A stretch of 64,000 nt of DNA, taken from positions 5,078-69,077 of the forward strand of contig DATKPK010000046.1 in the NCBI GenBank assembly GCA_035524095.1, given 5' to 3'. The notes beneath the pieces were generated by a model. It had not been told where the DNA came from. It did no database searches and was given only the letters and a program-made list of their open reading frames with translations. This DNA is from Candidatus Binataceae bacterium (GTDB taxonomy: Bacteria; Desulfobacterota; Binatia; Binatales; Binataceae). Shown here one piece after another: positions 1-9,077 of the stretch. The translations under genes and the position numbers were made by a program. The first letter of the stretch is position 1; every line of letters starts with the position of its first letter.

Positions 1-137
1 GCCGATTGCACCGGACGATGCCCGTGCGGGCCTCTGGCCGGTCGTTGATTCAGGAATCCTCAACGTTCCTGGTTGTGCGAGATTCGCGGAAGCTCTACGG
101 TCGATCGCGATTCGGAGGCGCGTTGAGGTTGAGACCA

Positions 138-1889
138 ATGAAAGGGCTGATGCGAGCTATCGCGATGGCCGCAGTTGCTGCTTGGTGTTGTGCGGCGCCA
201 TTGGCGGGGTAGGCCAGTGCGGACGCGTCTCATTCACCGTCGACACCGATTGATCATCTTGTTGTGATCGTGGGCGAGAACCACACTTTTGATAATCTGT
301 TCGGCGCCTACCAACCAATCGCGGGACAGAAGACACTGAACCTCCTCTCCGAAGGCATCATAAAGGCCGACGGTTCGCCGGGTCCAAATTGGATCAGGGC
401 GCAGCAATGGCAGGCAAAGGAGGGCGATAAGTATTCGATTGCTCCAAAGCTGACAGAACCATTTTCGACATTGCCGCAGCCCAACACTACGTACGCTTTC
501 GGCCAGAAACTCGGCGTGCCGGATTCGCGTTTTCCCGCGAATCTTCCCGATGGACCTTTCCCGATTACCAACTACACAGCATATCAGCTCGCCTACACCG
601 GTGATCCCGCTCATCGTCTCTTTCAGATGTGGCAGCAGTTCGACGAAGGCCGTAACGATCTATTTACCTGGGTTGGAGTGACTATTGGCTTCGGCAGCGA
701 AGGTAAGCCGCCGCTGGCTCCATTCACAGACCAAAGCACTAAGCAAGTTTCTACAATATGGATCGCGGCGACGCGCCCGTCTTCAAGTTTATCGCCGATC
801 ACTATGCGATGAGCGATAATTTCCATCAGGGAATCATGGGCGGCACGGGTGCGAGTTTTATTTATCTGGGGACCGGCGATATTGCGTTTTACAGCGACGG
901 GAACGGCCATCCCGCGACGCCACCGGCCGCACTGATTGAAGATCCAAATCCGTGGCCGGGATCGAACAACTGGTACAAACGCGACGGCTACCAGAGTGGG
1001 TCATATGTGAACTGCGCCGATGCTTCGCAGCCGGGCGTTGCGCCAATCGTGGATTATCTGAAGACTTTGCATCGATCGTCCAACTGCGATCGCGATCATT
1101 ACTACTTAGTCAATAACTATGGTCCCGCCTACAAAGCGGACGGCAGTCCGGTTGACCTCAAAGCACACCCCTATACGCTTCCGCCACAGACGCTGCCCAA
1201 TATTGCCGAAGTTCTGAGTAATGCCGGCGTATCATGGAAATACTATATCGGTGGCTTGAAGCCGGGCGGAGCAAATGATGCTTGGTGTTCGATATGCAAT
1301 CCGTTGCAGTACAACAAGGACATCATGACTACGCCGCTCAGGAATAATATCCGCGACGTCGCGGATTTCTATCGCGACCTTGACACCGGAAATCTTCCGG
1401 CGGTCTCGTTCGTGCGCCCGTATGAACCTTACTCAGGGCATCCGGCAAACTCGAGCATGTCGGCGTATGAGTATTTTCGTCGAGAGCATTGCCAATGCGG
1501 TAATCAAACGAAAATCGGTGTTTGCAACGGCGGCGATTTTCGTCACGTTCGATGAAGGCGGCGGCTATTATGATTCCGGCTATATCCAGCCACTGGATTT
1601 CTTCGGCGACGGCACGCGCATCCCGATGATGGTAATCTCGCCTTACGTGCGGCCTGGCACGATCGATCATGGTTACGGCGATCACGGGTCGATTTTGAAG
1701 TTCATCGAAGCAAACTGGAAACTGTCACCGCTCTCCAGGCGCAGCCGGGATAATCTCCCCAATCCGATCGCGTCGCCGGGTAATCCGTACGTCCCGGAGG
1801 ATGGCCCGGCTATTGGGAACATGATGACCTTGTTCGATTTCGCTCACCGTCAGCCCACTCCACCGTTGATCCTGCCGGACGGACTTTGA
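138..1889 (+). pseudogene. phosphoesterase family gene (phospholipase C / acid phosphatase AcpA-like), disrupted
   Basis: The reading frame opens with a signal peptide MKGLMRAIAMAAVAAWCCAAPLAG, then an in-frame TAG at 213-215. The mature domain HLVVIVGENHTFDNLFG runs in frame 0 (264-812). It shifts to frame 2 near 740 (758-1555, FKFIADHYAMSDNFH) and returns to frame 0 at a T-run near 1473-1476 (1380-1889, AIFVTFDEGGGYYD). That is three lesions in one reading frame of about 585 codons. Confidence 0.6.
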
Positions 1890-1967
1890 AAGCGATCGTT
1901 CGCGGGCTGCGCGGCTACATCATTTGTCAGTGCCGATGCGTTCTAGAGATAACCCAGCCGGCCAGGG

Positions 1968-2405
1968 CTATGCCGATGTGATGTAGCGGCGGAGTTCCTC
2001 GGCCTCGAAACGAACCTCTTCGAGCCGCTGCTTCACGACATCCCCGATGCTGACGATGCCGCAGAGCGAACCGTCCTGGATAACAGGGAGATGCCGGATA
2101 CGCTCTTGCGTCATCACCTCCATCAGTTCGACGAGTTCATCTCCCGCCGAGCAGGTCTTCACATCCCGCGTCATCAATTGCCCGGCCGTGAGGCTGAGGG
2201 CAGCATCGGCAAACTGCGAGAGGCCGCGAATAATGTCGCGTTCGGAGATGATTCCCATCAGGCCGCCGTCGTCGCCGATGACGGGGACTGCTCCGATGCG
2301 GTTTTCGGTGAGCACCTTGACGACTCCCGAAATCGTCTCGCGAGCGGTAACCGTCACAACCCGATAGCCTTTGTGTTGCAGGACCGACGAAACTCTGGTT
2401 CCCAT
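1968..2405 (-). CDS. CBS-pair domain protein
   Basis: 145 aa with two CBS motifs (GAVPVIGDDGGLMGIISERDI, RHLPVIQDGSLCGIVSIGDV). Confidence 0.7.
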   Translation of the reverse strand: MGTRVSSVLQHKGYRVVTVTARETISGVVKVLTENRIGAVPVIGDDGGLMGIISERDIIRGLSQFADAALSLTAGQLMTRDVKTCSAGDELVELMEVMTQERIRHLPVIQDGSLCGIVSIGDVVKQRLEEVRFEAEELRRYITSA

Positions 2406-2555
2406 GTTTCGAGCTCCTGGCGTTGGTCTTAACGATCATTCTTGTCCCAAGTGATGGGATGATGCCAGCATCGCGCGGCCACTAGTCATTTGAGCAGCTG
2501 CATAAACTGACCATCAGCGCTCGAACTGCTGCCCCGCTGAAGAGGAATCGGTGCG

Positions 2556-3431
2556 ATGGATTACCTGAAGAGCTTCCTGGTCGAGCCCGGCGCCAAAGTC
2601 CGGCTCGGCAAGATCGATCCCTCGTTCAAAGGCAAGCACGAATCATCCGAGAGTGCGGCGGCCGAAATCCAAAAATACGTCGAGCGCATGGGCAAACAAC
2701 AATATCTGCTCTATGCGGACGGCGACCGGTCATTGTTGATCGTTCTGCAGGCGCCCGACGCCGCCGGCAAGGACGGCGTGATACGCCACGTCTTCGGCGC
2801 GATGAATCCGCAGGGGACGTTTGTCCAGGCCTTCAGACAGCCGACCAAAATCGAAGCTGCTCATGATTTTCTGTGGCGAGCCCATCTGCATGCGCCAGCC
2901 AAGGGCGAAGTGGTCATTTTCAACCGCTCGCATTACGAAGACGTGCTAGTGGTGCGGGTGCACAAGCTGACGTCAAAGGCCGTCTGGTCGAAACGCTACG
3001 AGATGATCAACGATTTCGAGAAGACGCTGGTGACGAATGGTACGCGGATTCTCAAGTTTTATCTCCACATCAGCCCCGAGGAGCAGCTCGAGCGCTTCAG
3101 GAAGCGGCTCGAAGATCCGTCGCGGCATTGGAAGATCAGCGAGAGCGACTATGCCGAACGTGAATTATGGCCCGCTTACGCCGAGGCGTTCCAGGACGCG
3201 ATGGAAAAGACCAGCACCAAATATGCGCCATGGTTCGTGATTCCTTCAAATCACAAGTGGTTTCGCAATCTCTCCGTGTCAGCGATTGTGTCCCATGCCA
3301 TAGAGGACATGGATTTGAAGCTGCCGCCGGCCAAGGTGAATATCGCAGATATTCGGCGCAAGTACCACGCTGCGGTCGCTGAGCAAAATGACCATAGTGG
3401 CAATCGGCCAAAGGCCGCACGCAAGAAATAG
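2556..3431 (+). CDS. ppk2: polyphosphate kinase 2 family (polyphosphate:nucleotide phosphotransferase)
   Basis: 291 aa; PPK2 hallmarks LLIVLQAPDAAGKDG (Walker A) and FNRSHYEDVLVVRVHK, in a single PPK2 domain. Confidence 0.85.
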   Translation: MDYLKSFLVEPGAKVRLGKIDPSFKGKHESSESAAAEIQKYVERMGKQQYLLYADGDRSLLIVLQAPDAAGKDGVIRHVFGAMNPQGTFVQAFRQPTKIEAAHDFLWRAHLHAPAKGEVVIFNRSHYEDVLVVRVHKLTSKAVWSKRYEMINDFEKTLVTNGTRILKFYLHISPEEQLERFRKRLEDPSRHWKISESDYAERELWPAYAEAFQDAMEKTSTKYAPWFVIPSNHKWFRNLSVSAIVSHAIEDMDLKLPPAKVNIADIRRKYHAAVAEQNDHSGNRPKAARKK

Positions 3432-3452
3432 GAGGACTAACCCGTCCAATCG

Positions 3453-5156
3453 ATGAATGTGACACTGGAAAAGCCGCCGCGTAACAAACCTGGAGTCTGG
3501 CTCTTCCGTGGCATTATCCCAATCGACCGCGCCGCCGCGATAGGCGATGTACTCGCGGGTTTCACTCTGGCCGCGATGAACGTGCCTCAGGCGCTCGGCT
3601 ATACGCGCATCGCCGGCATGCCCGTCGTGACCGGACTGTATACGCTGCTATTGCCGCTCATCGCCTTCGCGACCTTCGGGTCATCGCGCTATCTGGTGGT
3701 GGCGGCAGACTCGGCCACTGCGGCAATTCTTGCAGGTAGTCTTTCAACTATGGCGCCGATTGCCAGCGCCCATTATGTCGCGCTCGCCGGGATGGTCGCG
3801 CTGCTGACCGCCGGATTGCTGCTCCTAGCCCGTCTCTTCAGGCTTGGCTTTCTGGCCGATTTCCTTTCACAAACGGTATTGGTCGGCTTTCTGACCGGCG
3901 TGGGATTCCAGGTGGGAATTGCGATGCTTGGCGATATGCTTGGTGTCCGCGTCGGATCCAGGAACACCGTCGTCCAGTTCGTACAGGCGCTTCGCGGTTT
4001 GCCGCAAACGCATGTGCCCACACTCTGCCTGGCAGCCGCCACCGTTCTGATCATCGTGCTCATCCGCAACTTGGCTCCACGGATACCGGGAGCATTTTTC
4101 GTGGTCACCGGAGCGATCGCCGCAAGCGCAGCGTTCGGCTTCGCCGGACACGGGATTAAGCTGATCCAGGATGTCACCGGAGGCCTTCCGCCGATCCACT
4201 GGCCAGACATAACCTTACACGAGATTCCGACGCTATTTCCGGTCGCAGGCTCCTGCTTTCTGATGATCGTCGCGCAAAGTTCGGCGACCTCCCATGCTTA
4301 CGCTTCGCGTCACCGGCAAACACTCAACATCGACGCGGACCTAGTCGGCCTCGCCGCGGCCAATATCTCGGCAGCACTCACAGGCACCTTCGTGGTTAAT
4401 GGCAGCCCGACGCAGACAGCGATGGTCGAAAGTTCGGGCGGGCGCAGCCAAATCGCCCACCTGACCACTGCGGGAATCGTGGCCGTGATACTCCTCTTTC
4501 TGGCGGGCCCGCTCCACTATCTGCCGCGTTGCGTACTTGCTGCTGTCGTTTTCACGATCGCGATCAAACTCGTCGACCTGCGTGGGCTTCGTGACATCTG
4601 GCGTGAAACCCCAAGCGAATTCGGGTTGGCTTTGATTACTGCCGCAGTGGTCGTGGTAATCGGGGTCGAACAAGGCATCCTGCTGGCCATGGCGCTGTCG
4701 TTGCTCCGGCATCTTCGCCACAGCTATCGGCCCTACACCGCGGTACTGATCGACGACGAGGGCTACTGGCGGCCGACCCCGGCTGTCCCGGGCACGATGA
4801 GCGGACCGGGGTTGATTATCTTTCAGTTCGGCGCGGACCTTTTCTACGCGAATGCCAACCGTTTCGTCGCCGACATTCGGAGCCTTATTGACGGCGCCGC
4901 AACGCCGGTCAAATGGCTGGTCGTGGATGCGGCCGCGATCACCAGCATCGACTATTCAGCCTCGAGCGTCTTGCGCGATGTCCGTCAGGACCTGGGCAGC
5001 CGGCATGTGGGCCTCATTCTTGCGCGTGCGGAACCCTCGCTCCGCTCTCATCTGGAGCATCATGGCTTGATCAGCGTCATCGGTGCCGATCATATCTTTT
5101 TTACTTTGCGCGAAGCGCTCGCCGCGATAAACGAGCAGCGCATTAGCCCGGAGTGA
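3453..5156 (+). CDS. SulP family anion permease with C-terminal STAS domain
   Basis: 567 aa, polytopic; N-terminal SulP signature (GFTLAAMNVPQALGYTRIAGMPVVTGLYT); the C-terminal ~120 aa are soluble and STAS-like. Confidence 0.85.
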   Translation: MNVTLEKPPRNKPGVWLFRGIIPIDRAAAIGDVLAGFTLAAMNVPQALGYTRIAGMPVVTGLYTLLLPLIAFATFGSSRYLVVAADSATAAILAGSLSTMAPIASAHYVALAGMVALLTAGLLLLARLFRLGFLADFLSQTVLVGFLTGVGFQVGIAMLGDMLGVRVGSRNTVVQFVQALRGLPQTHVPTLCLAAATVLIIVLIRNLAPRIPGAFFVVTGAIAASAAFGFAGHGIKLIQDVTGGLPPIHWPDITLHEIPTLFPVAGSCFLMIVAQSSATSHAYASRHRQTLNIDADLVGLAAANISAALTGTFVVNGSPTQTAMVESSGGRSQIAHLTTAGIVAVILLFLAGPLHYLPRCVLAAVVFTIAIKLVDLRGLRDIWRETPSEFGLALITAAVVVVIGVEQGILLAMALSLLRHLRHSYRPYTAVLIDDEGYWRPTPAVPGTMSGPGLIIFQFGADLFYANANRFVADIRSLIDGAATPVKWLVVDAAAITSIDYSASSVLRDVRQDLGSRHVGLILARAEPSLRSHLEHHGLISVIGADHIFFTLREALAAINEQRISPE

Positions 5157-5237
5157 TTTCCGACAGCCGCGCCTCGCCGGATTTCTCTTGCTTTCGGCTC
5201 ATAGTGATGCGAGTTGTTGCGTCGAGGCTTGTTCATC

Positions 5238-6455
5238 ATGGCTACGACCAAACCTATGCTCGAAGGCTACCGGGTACTTGACTTCACCCAGGTTCTGGCA
5301 GGTCCGACCACCAGCCGCTACATGGCGGAAATGGGGGCCGAGGTCATCAAAATCGAATTCGCACCAGCTGGCGATATTTCGCGAGGCGTGCCCTACCTCC
5401 AAGATGGCCGTAGTGGTTACTACGTTCAGCAGAATCGCGGAAAGCGGAGTCTCTGCCTCGACCTCAAGCATCCCGGCGCCGCGGCGATTATCAAAGAGTT
5501 GATCCCGAAGGTTGATATATTAGTTGAAAATTACGCACCGGGCGTAATCGGGCGGCTGGGCTTTGCTTATGAGAATGTGAAGGCTCTCAATTCGAAAATA
5601 ATCATGTGTTCGATTTCCACGTTCGGCCAGAAGGGTCCACTCGCCGAACGCCCGGGATATGACTTCATTGGATGTGCCTACTCGGGTGTGCTGAGCATGA
5701 TCGGCGAAGCCGGCCATACGCCGTCGCTGCCGCAGGTCGGCGTCGGCGACATAAGTACCGGGGTTCATGCGTTGAGCGCGATTCTTGCCGCCCTGCTCCA
5801 TCGCGAACGCACCGGCGAGGGGCAATACGTCGAGACTTCGCTGCTCGACTGCTACTTCAGCTACAACGACTTGACCGTCCAGACCGCGAGCTTGAGCAAG
5901 GGAAAAGTTCTGCCGAGGCGCAACGGGTCACATCATTTTGGCGTCGCCCCGCTGGGAGTATTCAATGGCAAACGCGGCGGCATCTTGATCATGGCCAGCA
6001 CCGATCATCAGTTCGGTTATTTGTGCCAAGCGATGGGCCGTCCTGAAATACACACCGACAAGCGGTTTTTAACCAACGCGGACCGGATGGCGAATGTCGA
6101 TGAGCTCAAGCGCATAATCCAGGACTGGTTCGACGCCACGAGCGAAGACGAGGTGTTCAGGCTACTCGAAGAGTATCGGGTCCCCTACGCGCCGGTCCTG
6201 GCGATTGAAGAAGCAATGGCGCAACCACATTTGCGCGACCGCGAGATCGTAAGAAAGTATAAAGATCGTTTTCTGGGGGAATTCGATATTCCCGGCTTCC
6301 CACTGCGGTTCTCGGCCTATCCGCGTCATCCAGACCTCGACGCTCCCACGCTCGGCGAGCACAATCACGCACTTCTTGAAGAGTATCTCGGTTATTCGGC
6401 GCAGCGGATTGCTGAGCTCGAAGCCCAAGGCGTGCTACATCGCGGCCCGCGTTAA
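5238..6455 (+). CDS. CoA-transferase family III (CaiB/BaiF-like)
   Basis: N-terminal LEGYRVLDFTQVLAGPTTSRYMAEMGAEVIKIE, and a middle-to-C-terminal MGRPE...DPH pattern typical of family III. The ORF track starts at 5214; the ATG at 5238 (MATTKPM) is preferred. Confidence 0.85.
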   Translation: MATTKPMLEGYRVLDFTQVLAGPTTSRYMAEMGAEVIKIEFAPAGDISRGVPYLQDGRSGYYVQQNRGKRSLCLDLKHPGAAAIIKELIPKVDILVENYAPGVIGRLGFAYENVKALNSKIIMCSISTFGQKGPLAERPGYDFIGCAYSGVLSMIGEAGHTPSLPQVGVGDISTGVHALSAILAALLHRERTGEGQYVETSLLDCYFSYNDLTVQTASLSKGKVLPRRNGSHHFGVAPLGVFNGKRGGILIMASTDHQFGYLCQAMGRPEIHTDKRFLTNADRMANVDELKRIIQDWFDATSEDEVFRLLEEYRVPYAPVLAIEEAMAQPHLRDREIVRKYKDRFLGEFDIPGFPLRFSAYPRHPDLDAPTLGEHNHALLEEYLGYSAQRIAELEAQGVLHRGPR

Positions 6456-6534
6456 GGGAGTGGATGGCGGCTTGATGGTATCGCATTTCAGCTGGTTGCA
6501 GGAGGAGAGATAAACTAAGCTTAAGGGCGAAAAT

Positions 6535-6765
6535 ATGTATCGCCTAATACACTTCGCGCCTCATCTTGGCGTGGTACTCATTGTCGCCGGCATCGGGCTT
6601 GTGGTGTTCCAGATGACCCGCTCACCACATACTTGTGACGAATGCCAGCATAGGGGTGGCCCGATCGGCAAACTTGATCCAACGATCTCAACTACGTATT
6701 TGGGTTTGTTACTGATCGCAATCGGAATCGCTCTCTTGATTGGGGCTGCTACCGCTACCGTTTAG
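6535..6765 (+). CDS. small two-TM membrane protein with HTCDECQH motif (hypothetical)
   Basis: 76 aa with two hydrophobic helices flanking CDECQH; a purine-rich stretch lies upstream of the ATG. No family recognised. Confidence 0.35.
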   Translation: MYRLIHFAPHLGVVLIVAGIGLVVFQMTRSPHTCDECQHRGGPIGKLDPTISTTYLGLLLIAIGIALLIGAATATV

Positions 6766-6851
6766 AAATTACTGACTCACCGAATCACGAACTAAGGCAT
6801 CACGCCGGTCTTCAGAAGGCTAAGTGTAAGAACCTCCGGGAGAAGTGACCA

Positions 6852-7994
6852 ATGGAATACGACTTCATTTCAGCGGATTGTCACATCGACTTAATCTGGC
6901 TGCCCCCTGATCTTTTTACCGCAAACGCGCCGGCAGCGTTGAAAGATCGCATGCCCTACGTCGCGGAAGGGCGCAAGGGCATGCAGTGGGTCGCGAACAA
7001 TGGCGCCAAGTTCGGCCTAGTCAATGGGATGGGCTCGGCCGGGCGCGAATACGTCCCCGGTGAAATCCATCGCTCTGATCGTATGGCTTCGACGGGCCTG
7101 TACGACGACGGACGCAAAGGGGTTCGGCGCCTAACCGACCCTGAGTTGCGTCTCAAGGATCAGGAACGCGACGGCGTTCAGGCCGAAGTGCTCTACGGCG
7201 TCCTGGGCGCGAGCATGCGGCTCAAGGATGACGAAGCCGCCACCGAGATGTTGCGTATCTACAATCAATGGCTTGGCGGCTTCTGCCGGACGCATCCTGA
7301 CCGCTATGCAGGTCTCGCCTCGATTCCAAGTCACGATATTGGCGCGGCAGTCGCTGAAATTAAACGGGTGGCCAAGGACGGAGTTCTGCGTGGGATCGAT
7401 ATTGCCAACCGTCCCGATATCCCGCCGTTCTGGGACCCATGCTGGAATCCGCTATGGGATATTGCAGAAGAGGCGCAATTGCCGGTGCATTTGCACACCA
7501 TCGGCGGCTCAATTCCGGACTTTAGAAAACTCGAACACAAGGTCGGACGCGCAGCATTCGCGACTGCGATTTCGAGTTTTCAGATGTATATGTCGATCCC
7601 GCTGATGGCGACTATTTTCGCCGGCGTGCTCGAACATCATCCCGGCCTCAGGATGGTAATCGGGGAGAGTGGCATCGGATGGATTCCTTATATTCTCGAT
7701 CACATGGATCTCGAATGGGAAGACCAGTTCAAAGATCTGGATCTCAAGATGAAGCCGAGTGACTATTGGCGGCGGCAGTGCTACGCGACCTATCAGAGCG
7801 ATCGTATCGGCATCAAGTTGCTTGACGAGATCGGCGAAGACAACATTATGTGGGGTTCCGATTTCCCGCACCCAGACGGCATCTGGCCCGATTCCCAGGA
7901 ATATATTCAACGCGAGTTGGGGCATCTGCCGGCGGCGACGCGTCACAAAATAGTTTGCGGTAACGCCGCGAAACTCTACGGCTTCGTCCAGTGA
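6852..7994 (+). CDS. amidohydrolase family 2 (ACMSD-like metal-dependent hydrolase)
   Basis: 380 aa; N-terminal ISADCHIDL (HxH metal motif) and C-terminal WGSDFPHPDG. Confidence 0.8.
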   Translation: MEYDFISADCHIDLIWLPPDLFTANAPAALKDRMPYVAEGRKGMQWVANNGAKFGLVNGMGSAGREYVPGEIHRSDRMASTGLYDDGRKGVRRLTDPELRLKDQERDGVQAEVLYGVLGASMRLKDDEAATEMLRIYNQWLGGFCRTHPDRYAGLASIPSHDIGAAVAEIKRVAKDGVLRGIDIANRPDIPPFWDPCWNPLWDIAEEAQLPVHLHTIGGSIPDFRKLEHKVGRAAFATAISSFQMYMSIPLMATIFAGVLEHHPGLRMVIGESGIGWIPYILDHMDLEWEDQFKDLDLKMKPSDYWRRQCYATYQSDRIGIKLLDEIGEDNIMWGSDFPHPDGIWPDSQEYIQRELGHLPAATRHKIVCGNAAKLYGFVQ

Positions 7995-8071
7995 CCAGGA
8001 AGGCTGACAATAATTGGGTAAAGCAACCAGGCTTTTACTGGAAGCACTTGAACTGAGTCAAAAAGAATGAC

Positions 8072-8100
8072 CGTTGGGCGGAGCAAACTTCCGCCCAACG
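8072..8100. terminator. bidirectional hairpin between convergent genes
   Basis: CGTTGGGCGG / CCGCCCAACG, a perfect 10-bp stem with a 9-nt loop. On the minus strand it is followed by UCAUUCUUUUU, so it sits downstream of the minus-strand crotonase gene and just after the plus-strand amidohydrolase. Confidence 0.6.
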
Positions 8101-8155
8101 AATACTTACCAATTTCGTGCGTCACTTCGTGGCCAGGGCGGCCGCAGAGTTGCTA

Positions 8156-8941
8156 CTACTTGGGGGCGCGGACCGAATCGGCCTTGCGGCGTTCACTCTT
8201 GGCACGCAGTGCTTCGTCAGCTGCCTTGATCGTCAGCGCTTCATAAGCAAGCCCGGCATCCATGATCAAGTTGGATTGGCGCTTCAGCCATTTGTTGACA
8301 GCGAGCTTGCTCCATCGGATTGCCCAAGTCGGGCCATCGGCGAGTTCCTGCGCGAGTTCCTTGGCCGCGGGCAATACTTGATCCGGTGGAACGGCATAGT
8401 TCACCAGGCCAATCCGGGCAGCCTCGGCGCCGGTGATGATATTCCCGCGCATCAGATATTCTTTTGCCCGATGCGGCCCGATCAGCAACGGCCAGATCAC
8501 GGCTCCGCCGTCGCCGGCCACGACGCGCATCTTCACATGCGTGTCAGCTATCTTTGCAGTTTCTGATGCAATCGTAATGTCGCACATCAGCGCCAGTGTT
8601 GCGCCGAGCGAAAAAGCATCGCCATTGATCGCGCCGATAATCGGCTGCTCGACGTCAAGAAAGTTCTGGACGATACGTCGCCCATTGGAGGTTTGATGAC
8701 GACCATGATTACGGCGCGAGGGTTTCGGATCGCGCGCCATCTCCATTTCTTTCGGATTCAAGAAGACATTCCCAACGCCAGTCAGGATAATCGCGTTAAC
8801 GTCATGGTCGGCAGCGAGGTCCGTCCAGATTTCCTCAACTTCGTGATGGACCTCGTAACTGAAATACTCGGGCCGCTTGATCGTCACGGTCGCGACGCGA
8901 TCCGTCACGTTGATATCGAGAAAATCGTAGTTGTAATTCAT
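8156..8941 (-). CDS. enoyl-CoA hydratase/isomerase (crotonase) family
   Basis: 261 aa; crotonase-fold signature (ATVTIKRPE..., GAINGDAFSLGATLALMCDITIA). It carries an unusual insertion of about 30 aa (NPKEMEMARDPKPSRRNHGRHQTSNGRR). Confidence 0.8.
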   Translation of the reverse strand: MNYNYDFLDINVTDRVATVTIKRPEYFSYEVHHEVEEIWTDLAADHDVNAIILTGVGNVFLNPKEMEMARDPKPSRRNHGRHQTSNGRRIVQNFLDVEQPIIGAINGDAFSLGATLALMCDITIASETAKIADTHVKMRVVAGDGGAVIWPLLIGPHRAKEYLMRGNIITGAEAARIGLVNYAVPPDQVLPAAKELAQELADGPTWAIRWSKLAVNKWLKRQSNLIMDAGLAYEALTIKAADEALRAKSERRKADSVRAPK

Positions 8942-9077
8942 CGGCCGCAGCCTCCGTTAATCTCTGATGAGGCATACCACCGAAGGACGTTCATCGCCAA
9001 ACCGAGCGCCAACTGTACGGGCGCCATTCTCACCGCGGAATAAGATTAGCGCTGCGGCGCGCGACTAATGAGCGTAG

